Source: an uncultured candidate division Zixibacteria bacterium (GTDB taxonomy: Bacteria > Zixibacteria > MSB-5A5 > UBA10806 > 4484-95). From it: a stretch of DNA of 64,000 bases. This document shows positions 18,175 through 29,716 of the stretch, in pieces (the stretch's first letter is position 1; every line of letters starts with the position of its first letter). The notes under the pieces are model-generated. The model was not told where the DNA came from, made no database searches, and was given only the letters and a program-made list of their open reading frames with translations. The translations under genes and the position numbers were made by a program. Location: positions 1,056,001 through 1,120,000 of the forward strand of contig CAXXKA010000008.1 in the NCBI GenBank assembly GCA_963668625.2, read 5' to 3'.

Positions 18175-19493
18175 TGTACTGTCACATAGGTAACAGATCA
18201 GACCGGCGACATGGGTAGCACTTTTATTAATCTTTATTATTTAAAACAAATCTTCATTTTATACTCTAATAATTTTATAGTTAAAATCATCTAATTTGGC
18301 AAGTTTAATATCAGCGAAGTAGATATCCCAAAACCTGTCATCTGTTTGTTCAAAGCCGACCAACTCTCCAGCCAGAGTTTGGCTAAGATGGATTTGTCTG
18401 GATCGCCATCTGATATCGCCCTGGGAATGAACTTTTCTAATAGTAAAAGTATCAGGATAAACAAGATCAGGTAAATCAATCTGTAATTCGGTCGGTGATG
18501 GTTTATATAGATCGGAAGGAGTTCTTTGATTCAACGCTTCATGCGGACGTTCGTTGTTATATTCCACAAGGAATCCATCGAACGCCAACTGTTGAGACTT
18601 TATGTTCTCTCGCGGCGGAGTTGCGGTTTCAGCCTTCAGGGTTCGATGCATTCGCTCATGCCGTCCGTTCTGAGCAGGCTTGCCCGGCTCGATTCTTTCC
18701 GGGATAATACCAAGTTTAATCCACTCGATAGATAGACGGGATAAACCTCCAAGCGTAGTCGTTACAAAAGGAGGGCCATTATCTGTTCGTATGGCGTGAG
18801 GAATGCCATACTCTCTAAACGCAGCATCGAATAACGGCTTTACACCATAATAATCAGTTCGATTAACCGCCTGGCAACGCAAAAGATAACGGCTATACGC
18901 ATCGGTTAAGGTAAAAGGATCGCAGCGCGCTCCATCACCTGTTTTAAACCAACCCTTAAAATCAGCACACCATACCCTGTTTGATGAATCACAACCAATA
19001 AATGGCTCCGTGTAAGGAGGAATTCGTCTCAAGCGACGGCGAGGTACTACTAATCCGTGACGTCTAAGTATTTCTCCTATTGTGCTCGGAGCAGGTATAA
19101 AAAGGTTAGGATGATGACGCGCTAACCAGGCCTTGAGTTTCCGAGGGCCCCAGGTGGGATGCTCTCCTCGGGCAGATACTATCAATCTTTCAATCCTTGA
19201 CGATACAGCGCTCGGATTGTGGTGCGGAGCTCGAGAAAGATCCTTTAAACCATCAACTCCTCTCTCTAAATACCGCCTGACAAGCTTATAACCCGTTTTA
19301 CGACTGATATTAAACTCACGGCACAAAGCCGCCATTGACCACTCTGATTCAAGATAATAACTGATAAACCTTATCTTCTCATCCATGGGTTTACTCTCTT
19401 TCCACGGCATGACAATACCTCCTTGTCGTACCGTAAATTAATAAAAGTGTTACCCATGTCGCCGGTCTGATCTGTTACCTATGTGCCAGTACA
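18175..19493 (-). mobile_element. IS481-family insertion sequence
   Basis: 57-bp terminal inverted repeats (18175-18231 / 19437-19493, 2 mismatches) with TGT...ACA ends, enclosing one transposase. Confidence 0.92.
18259..19410 (-). CDS. IS481-family DDE transposase
   Basis: MPWKE start, ISRKTGYK HTH, WGPRKL, W.ADFKG, IRTDNGPPF, QNGRHERMHRTLK, YNNERPH. Confidence 0.95.
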   Translation of the reverse strand: MPWKESKPMDEKIRFISYYLESEWSMAALCREFNISRKTGYKLVRRYLERGVDGLKDLSRAPHHNPSAVSSRIERLIVSARGEHPTWGPRKLKAWLARHHPNLFIPAPSTIGEILRRHGLVVPRRRLRRIPPYTEPFIGCDSSNRVWCADFKGWFKTGDGARCDPFTLTDAYSRYLLRCQAVNRTDYYGVKPLFDAAFREYGIPHAIRTDNGPPFVTTTLGGLSRLSIEWIKLGIIPERIEPGKPAQNGRHERMHRTLKAETATPPRENIKSQQLAFDGFLVEYNNERPHEALNQRTPSDLYKPSPTELQIDLPDLVYPDTFTIRKVHSQGDIRWRSRQIHLSQTLAGELVGFEQTDDRFWDIYFADIKLAKLDDFNYKIIRV

Positions 19494-19496
19494 TTC

Positions 19497-19961
19497 ATGT
19501 TAATCAAGGCTCTGGCGGGCTTATATCCGCGGGTGAAATCACAGCAATGCGTCCTCCACAAGCTGTCGAACATCAGCCAGAACCTGGATGACCGCAAGAA
19601 TCGAAGTCGTATCACAAAAGATGCTGCAGCTATCTACCAGGCCGAGACGGATAAAGAATTAAGAGCCCGATTGAAAGCTTTTAAGGTCAAATGGCGGCCT
19701 AAAGAACCAAAGTCTGTCAGATCATTCATTCGAGGTTTTGATCGGACATTGATTTACCGTGAGTATGCCGAGCCGGAAAGAACTCAGATAAAGACGAATA
19801 ATCCCCTGGAGCGATATCTGGAGGAATTACAAAGGAGGATAAAACCGTTCAGGAAGTTTGTTAATGACAGAAGTGTTGATCGAATCGTTTATGGAATAAT
19901 CGCTTATGTGCTGGATAACCGAAAATCTGAAAATCACTATGAATTTACACAATTCCCTTGA
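19497..19961 (+). pseudogene. C-terminal fragment of an IS256-family transposase
   Basis: QQCVLHK (CxxH), TNNPLERYLEELQRR, ends in TTTACACAATT typical of an IS256 right end; N-terminal part missing at the IS481 boundary. Confidence 0.8.
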
Positions 19962-20097
19962 TAAGATGAGATACCATGGGATTAATTAATTAATTTGCGC
20001 TGATTTCATTATATGTTATATTGGTATTACGCATCACTGATTTTACATAATTAGATCAAAAACAATGTATACGAAAAGGTTAACCGGGGAGGATACC

Positions 20098-21519
20098 ATG
20101 CGCAGTTACCTTATTTTAGGACTAAGTGTAATTATGCTGGTCTCAGTTGTAATGGCCCAGGCGCCACAGATTGAATGGCAGACGACTTTCGGAGGCGAGG
20201 CCCATGACTGGGCCAGGAGTGTCGCTGAAATAGAGGGGGAAGGATATGTGATTGCAGGTCGTTACTATACCGAACCCTACGGCGGCGGTGAGGATGAAGT
20301 GTATGTTGTCAAGACTGATTTGGATGGTGGACTTGTTTGGGAAAATACATATGGCGGTGATTACAGCGATTTTGCAAATTGTGTTCTCGTAACCGATTCC
20401 GGTGGATTCATTGTGTGCGGTAACGAAAACTCATATCCACCTACGGGTACCAATATCTGGTTGTTGTCTCTGGATGGGGGCGGGAATATCAATTGGGCGG
20501 AAGTATACGGTGGTGAAAATACCGGCGAGCATACGGAGTGTATGTGCCGTACCCTCGATGGCAACTATATGATTGCCGGATCAAATATGGATGGCTGGTT
20601 ATTCCTGAAAATTTCACCATCTGGAGCTTTGCTTAACCAGGTTTCTATTGATCGCCCCCTGAGTTTCCGCGAGATAGCCCCAACCTCGGACGGAGGAGCT
20701 ATCGCCGTTGGCGGTGGAGCTACATTGTTTTTGGTAAAACTCGACTCGAACGGCGACACCCTGTGGGTGCACAACTACGGAGGCTCTTACGGTAGTTCGG
20801 TTATCCAACTCGAGGATGGCGGATATGCCGCCGCCGGGTACAAATCTTACACAAATATGGGTTGGGATTTCCGACTACTGCGATTGGATGCCGATGGAGA
20901 AATTATCTGGGATAATCACTATGGCAACCAGTATGATGATGAGGTATATTCGTTGAGACAAACTCCTGATGGCGGTTTCGTAATGGCGGGGCTCATGTAT
21001 CCTCCAAGCGGAACCGAGAACCATCGGGTTTGGGTAGTCAGGACCGACTCTAGCGGCGATACGCTCTGGACTAAGGCGTTCGGTGGCGATGGTTCGGATC
21101 TGGCGTTTAGCGTGCGGCCGACAGCAGATCATGGATTTATCATAGCAGGTAAAACCAATTCATTTGGCGCGGGGGGTAACGATATGTACGTGGTCAAGCT
21201 TGGCCCGGAAACCTCGGTGAATGATGACGGCGTTCTACCATCCGTTGTTAGTTTAAAACAAAATTACCCCAATCCATTCAACCCGGAAACGATAATCGAG
21301 TTCGATTTACCGTACGATTCCCATGTTATCATAGATATATATGATATTCTCGGCCGGAAGGTTTCGGAACTGGTCGATGAGAAGCGGCCTAAGGGAAATA
21401 ACAGAATCGTATGGAATGGTACCGACAGTAGCGGACAACGCATTTCAAACGGCATATATCTATATCGTCTCGAGTTCGAGGATTATACCGAGACCAGGAA
21501 GATGATTATACTGAAATGA
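20098..21519 (+). CDS. Secreted beta-propeller-like repeat protein with C-terminal FlgD/T9SS-like sorting domain
   Basis: Signal peptide after GGAGG, repeated W...(Y/F)GG...D....T.DGG.I.AG units, QNYPNPFN...RKMIILK. Confidence 0.85.
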   Translation: MRSYLILGLSVIMLVSVVMAQAPQIEWQTTFGGEAHDWARSVAEIEGEGYVIAGRYYTEPYGGGEDEVYVVKTDLDGGLVWENTYGGDYSDFANCVLVTDSGGFIVCGNENSYPPTGTNIWLLSLDGGGNINWAEVYGGENTGEHTECMCRTLDGNYMIAGSNMDGWLFLKISPSGALLNQVSIDRPLSFREIAPTSDGGAIAVGGGATLFLVKLDSNGDTLWVHNYGGSYGSSVIQLEDGGYAAAGYKSYTNMGWDFRLLRLDADGEIIWDNHYGNQYDDEVYSLRQTPDGGFVMAGLMYPPSGTENHRVWVVRTDSSGDTLWTKAFGGDGSDLAFSVRPTADHGFIIAGKTNSFGAGGNDMYVVKLGPETSVNDDGVLPSVVSLKQNYPNPFNPETIIEFDLPYDSHVIIDIYDILGRKVSELVDEKRPKGNNRIVWNGTDSSGQRISNGIYLYRLEFEDYTETRKMIILK

Positions 21520-22043
21520 TGCTCACATTATTTCAGCTTCTAAATGGATTATCAGTAAAAATCCTATCATCCTATATATTTCAACGACCGCTGCTTTTCC
21601 AGGCAGAGAGGATGGCGATATCACCGAGCCGACCGGTGATCCCATGGTCGGCAAGCTGGTGGAGTTCGATACCTCTTTCGGTACTTTTGTCGGGGTATCC
21701 TCCGGCTCCCCCGATGCCAACGAGCAGGTTATTGTACATCAATCTTGATGGAACAGAGACATTATCGATTGAGCTGCAGGAGATAAATTATTGCCGCTAA
21801 TCGGATATTACAACGCTGGGTGTGCAGGTAGTAATACACAATTGGCTTTTACCGAAAAATCGTGCAATATGATGTTTCGAGCATATCGCCAGGCATTCTT
21901 AATGAAATTCGAACGAGTTTTATGAAATCAACGGCATATAGAGAAATTCTGCTGAAGTTGCTGATTCGGGACGTAATTATCTCAACGCAAAAAGGTTAAT
22001 GTCAGCTAATATATACTCTGGAACATCGGCCTAAAAAAAATCG

Positions 22044-22071
22044 TTGACAATAAGCAATTATACCCTATACT
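22044..22071 (+). promoter_or_regulatory. sigma70-type promoter of typA
   Basis: TTGACA-16-TATACT. Confidence 0.6.
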
Positions 22072-22196
22072 AGTCGGGTTTTAATGGTTCTCCATTTGGA
22101 GAAATGTTGTAATGTGCCACTGCGTGATTATTCCCTCGAAGATTAATCTGTAGATTGCATGGTTTTTAAAATGGCAGATATTTCTGCCCTTAAGGG

Positions 22197-24092
22197 ATGT
22201 GTAGAAAAATGACTGATGTCGCGTTAATTCGGAACCTTGCTATTGTCGCCCATATCGATCACGGAAAAACAACTTTAATAGATTCTGTGTTCAAGGCGAC
22301 ACAGACTTTTCGTAAAAACCAGCAGGTCCCCGAAAGGTTGATGGACAATAATGTTCTAGAGCGCGAACGCGGCATAACTATTCGTTCCAAACACTGTACG
22401 GTTTCCTGGAATAATTATCTTATCAATATAATCGATACTCCCGGCCATGCTGATTTTTCCGGCGAGGTTGAACGCGTACTATCGATGGTGGATTCGGTTT
22501 TACTCCTGGTGGATGCCAATGAGGGGCCGATGCCCCAAACCCGTTACGTGCTGATGCGCGCGTTGAAATTGGGCCTACGACCCATCGTGATTGTCAACAA
22601 GGTTGACCGTCCCGATGCCAGACCCGATTATGCTTTGGATAAAACATTCGATCTTTTCATAGAACTGGGCGCTACCGATGAGCAGGCTCATTTCCCGGTG
22701 CTCTATGGCTCGGGTCTTCACGGATGGTTTGTCAATGATCTGGATAAAGAGAAGCATGAGGGCATGTCCGCGCTATTTCAGGCCATAGTCGATTATGTCC
22801 CGCCGCCGGATGTCAACAAAGACGGTGATTTCTTGATGCAAGTCAGCTCGCTTGATTGGAGCGATTATATAGGCCAAATAGGCTGCGGCAGGGTGCTTCG
22901 CGGTAGTTTGAATAAAGGCGAGGCATTTAATTGTTTCGTAACGAAATTCATCGATCCGCAATCGCAGGATAAAGGCTGGACGCTTGATTCTACCTCGAAA
23001 GCAGAGGGCATCCATATGTGGACGACTCGCGGATTGACGAGGGTCGAGACCGATTGTGTATCCGCCGGCGATATAGTCTGGCTGGCCGGCCCCTCCGAGA
23101 TTGGTATCGGTGATACATTCTCCAGCAGTGAAAATACCGAAGAGGCATTAAAACCCCTCGAAATAGAAGAGCCGACGCTTTCCATGTTCTTCCTGGTCAA
23201 TAACGGGCCATTCTCGGGCCGAGAGGGTAAAGCGATCATGTTCCGTCAATTAAAAGAACGGCTCGAACGAGAACTTCGGGTAAATGTCGCTCTTCGTATG
23301 GAGGACATCGGTCGTCCTGACGGCGTGAAAGTTTCCGGCCGTGGTGAACTTCACCTGGCGATACTTATCGAGGAGATGAGGCGCGAGGGACTGGAATTCT
23401 GTATCTCCCGTCCCGAGGTTATCACGCGCCTGGATGATAACGGCAATGTGCTTGAGCCTATCGAACAATTGTTGATAGATATCCCGGAAAATAATCAGGG
23501 AGTCGTGATAGAGAAACTTGCCCATAGAAAAGGCGAATTGGTTTCGGTGGAAAACACCGGTTCTAGTTCTGTCCGAATAGAATTTACTATCCCTACCCGA
23601 GGTCTGATAGGTTACAGGTCGGAATTCCTGACCGATACGCGTGGACTGGGCGTCATGGCCTCCCGGTTTATCCATTACGGGATGCAGCGAGGTGAAATAC
23701 AGTCGAGAAACAAAGGATCGGTTGTCAGCCTCGAAACGGGAACCGCTACCGCTTATGCCCTGGAGGGACTTCAGGAGCGTACCACGATCTTTATCGAAGC
23801 TACCGAAAAAATATATACAGGTCAGATTATCGGTGAAAATTCCAGAAATATGGATATGACCTGTAATCCCACCAAACGCAAAAACCTGACCAATCACAGA
23901 TCCTCGACAAAAGACATAGGCGTTAAACTTGATATTCCGCGTAGGATGACATTAGAACAGGCCATGGGCTGGATCAGGGATGATGAACTGGTTGAGGTAA
24001 CTCCCAAATCCATGAGGTTCAGGAAAACTATCCTTGATTTCGACGAGCGAAAAAAATCAAGAAATAACTCTCTCTTTCTGGTAAACGATTAG
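22197..24092 (+). CDS. typA: Translational GTPase TypA/BipA
   Basis: [48 protein letters not shown]. Confidence 0.97.
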   Translation: MCRKMTDVALIRNLAIVAHIDHGKTTLIDSVFKATQTFRKNQQVPERLMDNNVLERERGITIRSKHCTVSWNNYLINIIDTPGHADFSGEVERVLSMVDSVLLLVDANEGPMPQTRYVLMRALKLGLRPIVIVNKVDRPDARPDYALDKTFDLFIELGATDEQAHFPVLYGSGLHGWFVNDLDKEKHEGMSALFQAIVDYVPPPDVNKDGDFLMQVSSLDWSDYIGQIGCGRVLRGSLNKGEAFNCFVTKFIDPQSQDKGWTLDSTSKAEGIHMWTTRGLTRVETDCVSAGDIVWLAGPSEIGIGDTFSSSENTEEALKPLEIEEPTLSMFFLVNNGPFSGREGKAIMFRQLKERLERELRVNVALRMEDIGRPDGVKVSGRGELHLAILIEEMRREGLEFCISRPEVITRLDDNGNVLEPIEQLLIDIPENNQGVVIEKLAHRKGELVSVENTGSSSVRIEFTIPTRGLIGYRSEFLTDTRGLGVMASRFIHYGMQRGEIQSRNKGSVVSLETGTATAYALEGLQERTTIFIEATEKIYTGQIIGENSRNMDMTCNPTKRKNLTNHRSSTKDIGVKLDIPRRMTLEQAMGWIRDDELVEVTPKSMRFRKTILDFDERKKSRNNSLFLVND

Positions 24093-24273
24093 TATTCGGT
24101 CGGGCTATTCCGGCCAACTCGCAAAATTATCCGCTTTCGCTATGATATCGCTTTGCTATTGCTTAAAAAATGTATCATTGGTATCTTGAAGCTATATTAC
24201 AGAAACTGTTTTCGGTTTCTTGCGGTTCATACTTGAACCGGGTTCGAATTATAAAAAATACCAGGAGGAATTT

Positions 24274-25568
24274 TTGTTAATTTCTCGAAAAAACTCGTAT
24301 CTGATTTCTTTGATTATATCCGGAGTGCTGCTTATTCATTGCGGAAACAGCAGCGAGGGGGCGCGTGGCAACAACGGTGGTAAACTGATCCCGGCGGTCG
24401 AGGCCGTAAAATCCGATTTCGGCTCGCTGCCTTTAAGCGAAAGGTTCAGCGGCCTGGTACGGGCGAAAAACCAGGTGGAAATTTATCCCGAAATAAGTGC
24501 CGCTATCATGAAAGTATATGTCGAGAACGGCGACACCGTTAGCAAAGGGCAATCCCTGGTTCAACTTCGCGATAACCGCTACCGCGAGCAATTCAAGCAA
24601 GCTCAGGCCGGTTACCGGATAGCCGTTGCACAGGTAAGCCAGGCCCGGGCGAAATTGGGCAAACTGCAATCCGATCTAAAGCGAGTTAAGGCGATGACAG
24701 AGAAAAATCTTTCCAGCCCCAGCGAGCTCGAGGAAATTCAATCGGAAACCGCCTCCGCCGAGGCCGACCTCGCCCTGGCAAATGCCCGCGTGGAACAGGC
24801 GCAGGCGACTATCGACGAGTACGAGGAAGCGTTGTCACGAACTGTCATACGTGCGCCGGTAGCGGGTACGGTTGGCGACCGCGACGCGGAAATAGGGATG
24901 TACGTTAATAGCGGTACCCGCCTGTTTAGCCTGGGGCAGCTCGATACGGTACGGGTCGAAATAATCCTGACAGACCGCATGTTAAACTATATCGAAACGG
25001 GTCAATCGGCGGAGATAATGGTGGATGATCAGGTCTTCGGCGCCGTGCCTGCCAAACTCACACGAATCTCGCCCTTTCTTCACCCGGTAACGCATAGTAC
25101 TGATGCCGAAATCGAGATAGCTAATCCCGGCCATGTTTTGAGGCCCGGTATGTTCGTTTCTGTCGATGTTTACTACGGCGAAAGCGAACAGGCTACGCTG
25201 GTTCCGTTAAGCGCTTTGTATGAAAACCCGATCAGCGGAGTAACCGGAATTTACATTACGCAGGATTCCCTGAAAGGGGAGGTCGTTGAGGTAAAAGAGG
25301 ATAACGAGCGGATAGCTCTGACCACTCCAGCATCATTCGAATTCGTACCGATAGAGGTGATAGCCCGGGGTCGAACCACCGCCGGAATCGCAGGAATCGA
25401 GCGGGCAAGTGGATAATCACCCTGGGGCAGGATTTATTAGGCGGCCAATCGGGCGAGGCGCGGGTTCGCAAGGTCGATTGGAAATGGGTGGAACGCCTTC
25501 AGCACATGCAACGAGAGGATTTACTGGAGGAGTTCATGAAACGTCAGAGGGAAGCAGCCGGTGGTTGA
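24274..25568 (+). CDS. RND efflux periplasmic adaptor (MFP); one frameshift near 25403
   Basis: AGGAGG plus TTG start, lipoyl/coiled-coil MFP motifs (IRAPVAG.V, LRPGMFV); another frame continues KWIITLGQDLL... to TGA 25568. Confidence 0.85.
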
Positions 25569-25624
25569 TAGACAGTTAAAACAGTCGATCGAATAATGGC
25601 CGGTATTTTTATCGTGATTAAGAT

Positions 25625-28600
25625 ATGAATATAACTCGCATCTCAGTCCATCGCCCTATAGCCACCACAATGGTATTTTTAATTATCCTGGTACTGGGTG
25701 TTATGGGATTCCATTTTCTGCCGGTTGATCTTCTACCGCAAATAGAATATCCCCGCTTAAGCATCTCGACTTCCTACCCCAATGTCGGTCCGGAAGAGAT
25801 TGAGACGATTATTACCGATCGTATCGAGAATGCGATTGCCAGTGTGCCGAATATCGAGGACGTGCGATCGAATTCGCGGGAGGGCAGGAGCCGGGTAACA
25901 TTAGAGTTCGCCCAGGGTACCGATATCGATGCCGCTGCCAATGATCTTCGGGCCGCGCTCGATAGAATTCGGGATGATTTCCCGCCCGAGGTGGAGCCGC
26001 CCCGTATATGGAAATTCGATCCCGACAATTTCCCGGTTGTCATACTCGGCGCTCGCTCCAGCCGCAGCATGGATGAGCTGACCCGGATACTCGAACGCGA
26101 GGTCGCCCAGAGGTTCGAGCAGATACCCGGTGTCGGTTCCGTGGATGTCTGGGGAGGCGTATACCGAGAGATTCAGGTGCAGCTAAAGCGCGACAGGTTG
26201 GCCTCCAGTCAGCTATCGGCTTCCGACGTCCAGGCGGCGTTACAGCGCGAGAATGTTACCTTGCCCGGTGGCGATATGCGCGAGGGTGTCAGCGATATCT
26301 ATGTGCGTACACGGGGCGAGTTCAAGTCCATCGATGAGATAGCCGCTACTATTATTACTGTCATAGATGGCAAACCTATTCGTGTCCGGGATGTCGCCGA
26401 GGTAGTCGACGGCTACGAGGATATCAACCGTATAGTGCAGATAGACGGCCAACCGATGATCAGGTTAGGCGTACGTAAGCAGTCCGGGGCCAACACCGTG
26501 GCGGTTGCCGCCGAGGCACGCAAGGTGATGGAGCAGATAAGCCGCGAGCGCGAAGATATCGAATTATTGATGGTAATAGACCAGAGCCAATTCATCCAGA
26601 ATTCAATCAATAATGTTCAACAATCGGCGCTATTCGGCGGGCTTCTGGCGATATTCATGTTGTATTTATTTCTCCGTAACGGCTCGACAACATTCATCAT
26701 TGCTCTTTCCATTCCAATCTCGATAGTCGCTTCATTCGGATTACTGTTTTTTAACGGCCTGACCCTGAATCAAATGAGTTTCGGAGGGCTTGCGCTTGGA
26801 ATTGGATTGATAGTCGATAACTCTATCGTAGTGATCGAAAATATTATTCGCTTAAGAGAAAACCATCATACTTTGCGGGAAAGCGCCTTAACCGGAACCG
26901 GCCAGGTATCGGGAGCGATCGTCGCTTCCTCGCTGACAACGATGGTGATATTTCTGCCGGTAGTATTCATGCAGACAATCTCCGGCATGCTTTTCAGGGA
27001 ACTGGCATTGGTGGTAGTGTTCGCCTTGCTGTGTTCTCTATTCGTCGCGCTTACATTGGTACCCATGTTGGCCAGCAGGTTCTTGAGTGTCAAACCGGGT
27101 GAGAAGACCACCGAAAACACAAATACTCGTTTGGGCAGATGGTTTGTCCGAGTCGAGGATACGTATTCCCGTCATCTGGAAACCGCGGTTCGTCATAAAA
27201 AAATCGTTTTCATATCAACCGTGGTATTGCTGGTTATTACATTCCTGCTCTGGCCGCTGTTGCCTGTAGAGCTTGCTCCGCAAACCGATGCCGATGAGAT
27301 AAGTGTCGATCTGGAAATGGCGCAGGGAATGAATATCGCGGTGGTTAACGAATACCTTCAAGAGCTGGATCGAATAGTACGTCAGATTACCCCGATGGAG
27401 CAGGTACGGCATCTTACCTCCGAGATACGCGGCGGTGATGCCGAGGTCGAGATAGCTTTGAAAGGTGCGGATGAACGTACGATAAACAGCTTCGTTCTAG
27501 CCGATGATATCCGTCAAGCGGTATCCGGTAAAATTCCGGGGGCGAGCGTTCGTGTTTCCGCTCAATCGGGTTTGTGGATGTTGCGCCGATTGTTCGGCTC
27601 CGGTTCGGGCGAGGCGGTCGAGATAGAGCTTCGCGGCTACGACCTGGGAGTTGCCGATAAGATAGCCGGTGATTTGCAGGAGATCATGGAAGCTATGCCT
27701 GTTGTTGCCGATGTCCGTGTAAGCCGCCGCGAGGGACGACCGGAACAAAACCTGATCGTCGACAGGGAGAAGATCGCCAAACTGGGGCTTTCAGTCAGGG
27801 AGGTGGCCGAGGTCATTCAGACCAATATCGGCGGCAGCCGCGCCGGTGTTTTCCGCCAGGGCGGCGAGGAGTTCCCTATCACGGTAAGGCTTCAACCCGG
27901 GGATCGTCTCAGTACGCTTGATTTGAGCAATGTCTCTATCACTATAAGTTCCGGTGAAACACTACCGATTTCATCCGTAGTGAAAACCGAACGTCGCCGA
28001 AGCCCTACCGAGATCGAAAGAATAAACGGTCAGCGTGTCACCTATATCTCCGCCAATTTGGAAAGTGGCGCGGCTTTAGGGGATGTTATCGAGGAGCTCC
28101 AGAACGGGCTTCGTGATTACGCCTTACCGGTCGGTTTCTCTATCGTGTTCAGCGGCGAATACGAGGAGCAGCAAAAGGCTCAGAGCGATTTCCTGCTTTC
28201 AGTCCTGATGGCCGTTACTCTTATTTACATGGTAATGGCGGCTCAGTTCGAACGTTTCATCGATCCGCTTATCGTGATGGTGACAGTGCCGCTGGCATTC
28301 GTCGGCGTAGTACCGACTCTTCTTTTAACGGGCACCACTCTCAATGTGCAAAGCTTAATGGGCATTGTCATGCTTATCGGTATCGTGGTTAATAACGCGA
28401 TCGTGCTGGTGGACTATATCAACCTAATGCGACGCGAGCAGAAACTGTCCTTGCAGGAGGCGGTGCTGCAGTCGGGACGGCTACGTCTGCGGCCCATCCT
28501 GATGACTACCTCTACCACGGTGTTCGGTATGTTGCCGTTAGCGTTCGGTGCGGGCGCGGGCGGAGAGATACAGGCGGCGTTGGCTCGCTCGGTAATAGGC

Positions 28601-28708
28601 GGATTATCCGTATCGGCCTTTATCACTTTGATATTGATACCGGTGGTATATATAACCGTGCATTCCGCTATTGATAAATACCGCAAGCCAGTTATTCCCG
28701 AGGATTAG
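25625..28708 (+). CDS. RND efflux permease (AcrB/AcrD/AcrF family)
   Basis: 1027 aa, GLIVDNSIVVIENI, GIVVNNAIVLVD, RLRPILMT. Confidence 0.96.
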   Translation: MNITRISVHRPIATTMVFLIILVLGVMGFHFLPVDLLPQIEYPRLSISTSYPNVGPEEIETIITDRIENAIASVPNIEDVRSNSREGRSRVTLEFAQGTDIDAAANDLRAALDRIRDDFPPEVEPPRIWKFDPDNFPVVILGARSSRSMDELTRILEREVAQRFEQIPGVGSVDVWGGVYREIQVQLKRDRLASSQLSASDVQAALQRENVTLPGGDMREGVSDIYVRTRGEFKSIDEIAATIITVIDGKPIRVRDVAEVVDGYEDINRIVQIDGQPMIRLGVRKQSGANTVAVAAEARKVMEQISREREDIELLMVIDQSQFIQNSINNVQQSALFGGLLAIFMLYLFLRNGSTTFIIALSIPISIVASFGLLFFNGLTLNQMSFGGLALGIGLIVDNSIVVIENIIRLRENHHTLRESALTGTGQVSGAIVASSLTTMVIFLPVVFMQTISGMLFRELALVVVFALLCSLFVALTLVPMLASRFLSVKPGEKTTENTNTRLGRWFVRVEDTYSRHLETAVRHKKIVFISTVVLLVITFLLWPLLPVELAPQTDADEISVDLEMAQGMNIAVVNEYLQELDRIVRQITPMEQVRHLTSEIRGGDAEVEIALKGADERTINSFVLADDIRQAVSGKIPGASVRVSAQSGLWMLRRLFGSGSGEAVEIELRGYDLGVADKIAGDLQEIMEAMPVVADVRVSRREGRPEQNLIVDREKIAKLGLSVREVAEVIQTNIGGSRAGVFRQGGEEFPITVRLQPGDRLSTLDLSNVSITISSGETLPISSVVKTERRRSPTEIERINGQRVTYISANLESGAALGDVIEELQNGLRDYALPVGFSIVFSGEYEEQQKAQSDFLLSVLMAVTLIYMVMAAQFERFIDPLIVMVTVPLAFVGVVPTLLLTGTTLNVQSLMGIVMLIGIVVNNAIVLVDYINLMRREQKLSLQEAVLQSGRLRLRPILMTTSTTVFGMLPLAFGAGAGGEIQAALARSVIGGLSVSAFITLILIPVVYITVHSAIDKYRKPVIPED

Positions 28709-28763
28709 TTCATCTCGAAAGCATTATCGTTGTATAAAGCTGTTATATGTTTAGTATCTACGA

Positions 28764-29183
28764 TTAGTTGCCGGCCGTGGAATCCATCGGATCGTAATGG
28801 ATATCGGTGGCATCCGAGGCGGCCAAACCAAGCAGTGAATCAACGGGAGGCGCAGGACTAAATTGTGAGGGAGTCACGATTACGCATTCCTCATGTATCC
28901 AGTTGGAAGCTCCATAACCAAGAATGAATCCGATGATTAAAACCGCGGCGACTTTGAAAAGGTCGTACGATTGCCTGGGTTTATGCTTGGCATGAGGCAT
29001 ATCGATGGAATGCCCTATTGCTCTGATACCGCCTATCGAGCTGATTGCCCGGCGAATACGATCCAACCTCGTTTTGCATTCGATACAATTTTCGAGATGG
29101 CACTTCAAGTCGTTTAAAGTGGTTTGAGCGTCGATCAATTCCAACTCATATTTCAAAAGGTCGTCATCACTGATATGTTTCAT
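28764..29183 (-). CDS. Anti-sigma factor (zf-HC2 type, one TM)
   Basis: HLENCIEC zinc motif, TM helix, ATGA overlap with the sigma gene. Confidence 0.8.
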   Translation of the reverse strand: MKHISDDDLLKYELELIDAQTTLNDLKCHLENCIECKTRLDRIRRAISSIGGIRAIGHSIDMPHAKHKPRQSYDLFKVAAVLIIGFILGYGASNWIHEECVIVTPSQFSPAPPVDSLLGLAASDATDIHYDPMDSTAGN

Positions 29184-29716
29184 TCGAATATACCTTCCTC
29201 TATTAAAATATCCCGACATCTTTTTACGGCGTAAAAGATACGAGATTTAACCGTGCCGATAGATATCCCTAAAAGATCGGCTATTTGCTCATAACTCTGG
29301 TCGGCGTAAAAACGTAGAAGTAATGTCTCTCGATGTTTGTCGTCGAGTTTGCGAATCGCACCGCTGATTATTCTGTCGCGCTCATCTTTTAGCATAGCGG
29401 TCAGTGAATCCGGATCATTATGGGCCATATTCACGCTGTTTATGTTTTCGCTATGTTGCCGACGATGTTTCTCCTTTATCGAAAGCCGATACGCGATAGT
29501 GCCGAGATAACCCTTAACCGTGCCGGAGGTATTAGAGATAATGGCTTCATAAGCCCGGAGGAATGTCTCCTGTACTATATCCTCGGCCGCTGCCGGAGAT
29601 CCAGTAATCATCACGGCCAGCGATAATAAACGCGGTTGATAATTTTTGGTCAACTCGTGCCAGGCCTCGATATTACCTTTCTGAGCTCTATGAAATATAT
29701 CCCATTCGGATTTCAA
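29180..29716 (-). CDS. ECF RNA polymerase sigma factor
   Basis: AEDIVQETFLRAY (region 2), SYEQIADLLGISIGTVKSRI (region 4). Confidence 0.95.
   Translation of the reverse strand: MKSEWDIFHRAQKGNIEAWHELTKNYQPRLLSLAVMITGSPAAAEDIVQETFLRAYEAIISNTSGTVKGYLGTIAYRLSIKEKHRRQHSENINSVNMAHNDPDSLTAMLKDERDRIISGAIRKLDDKHRETLLLRFYADQSYEQIADLLGISIGTVKSRIFYAVKRCRDILIEEGIFE

Noticed and set aside
21516-21800. 94-aa ORF after the secreted protein
   Set aside because: No RBS or motif and atypical composition; at most a gene remnant
25400-25420. Programmed frameshift in the MFP gene
   Set aside because: No slippery sequence; a single missing base is best explained as sequencing error
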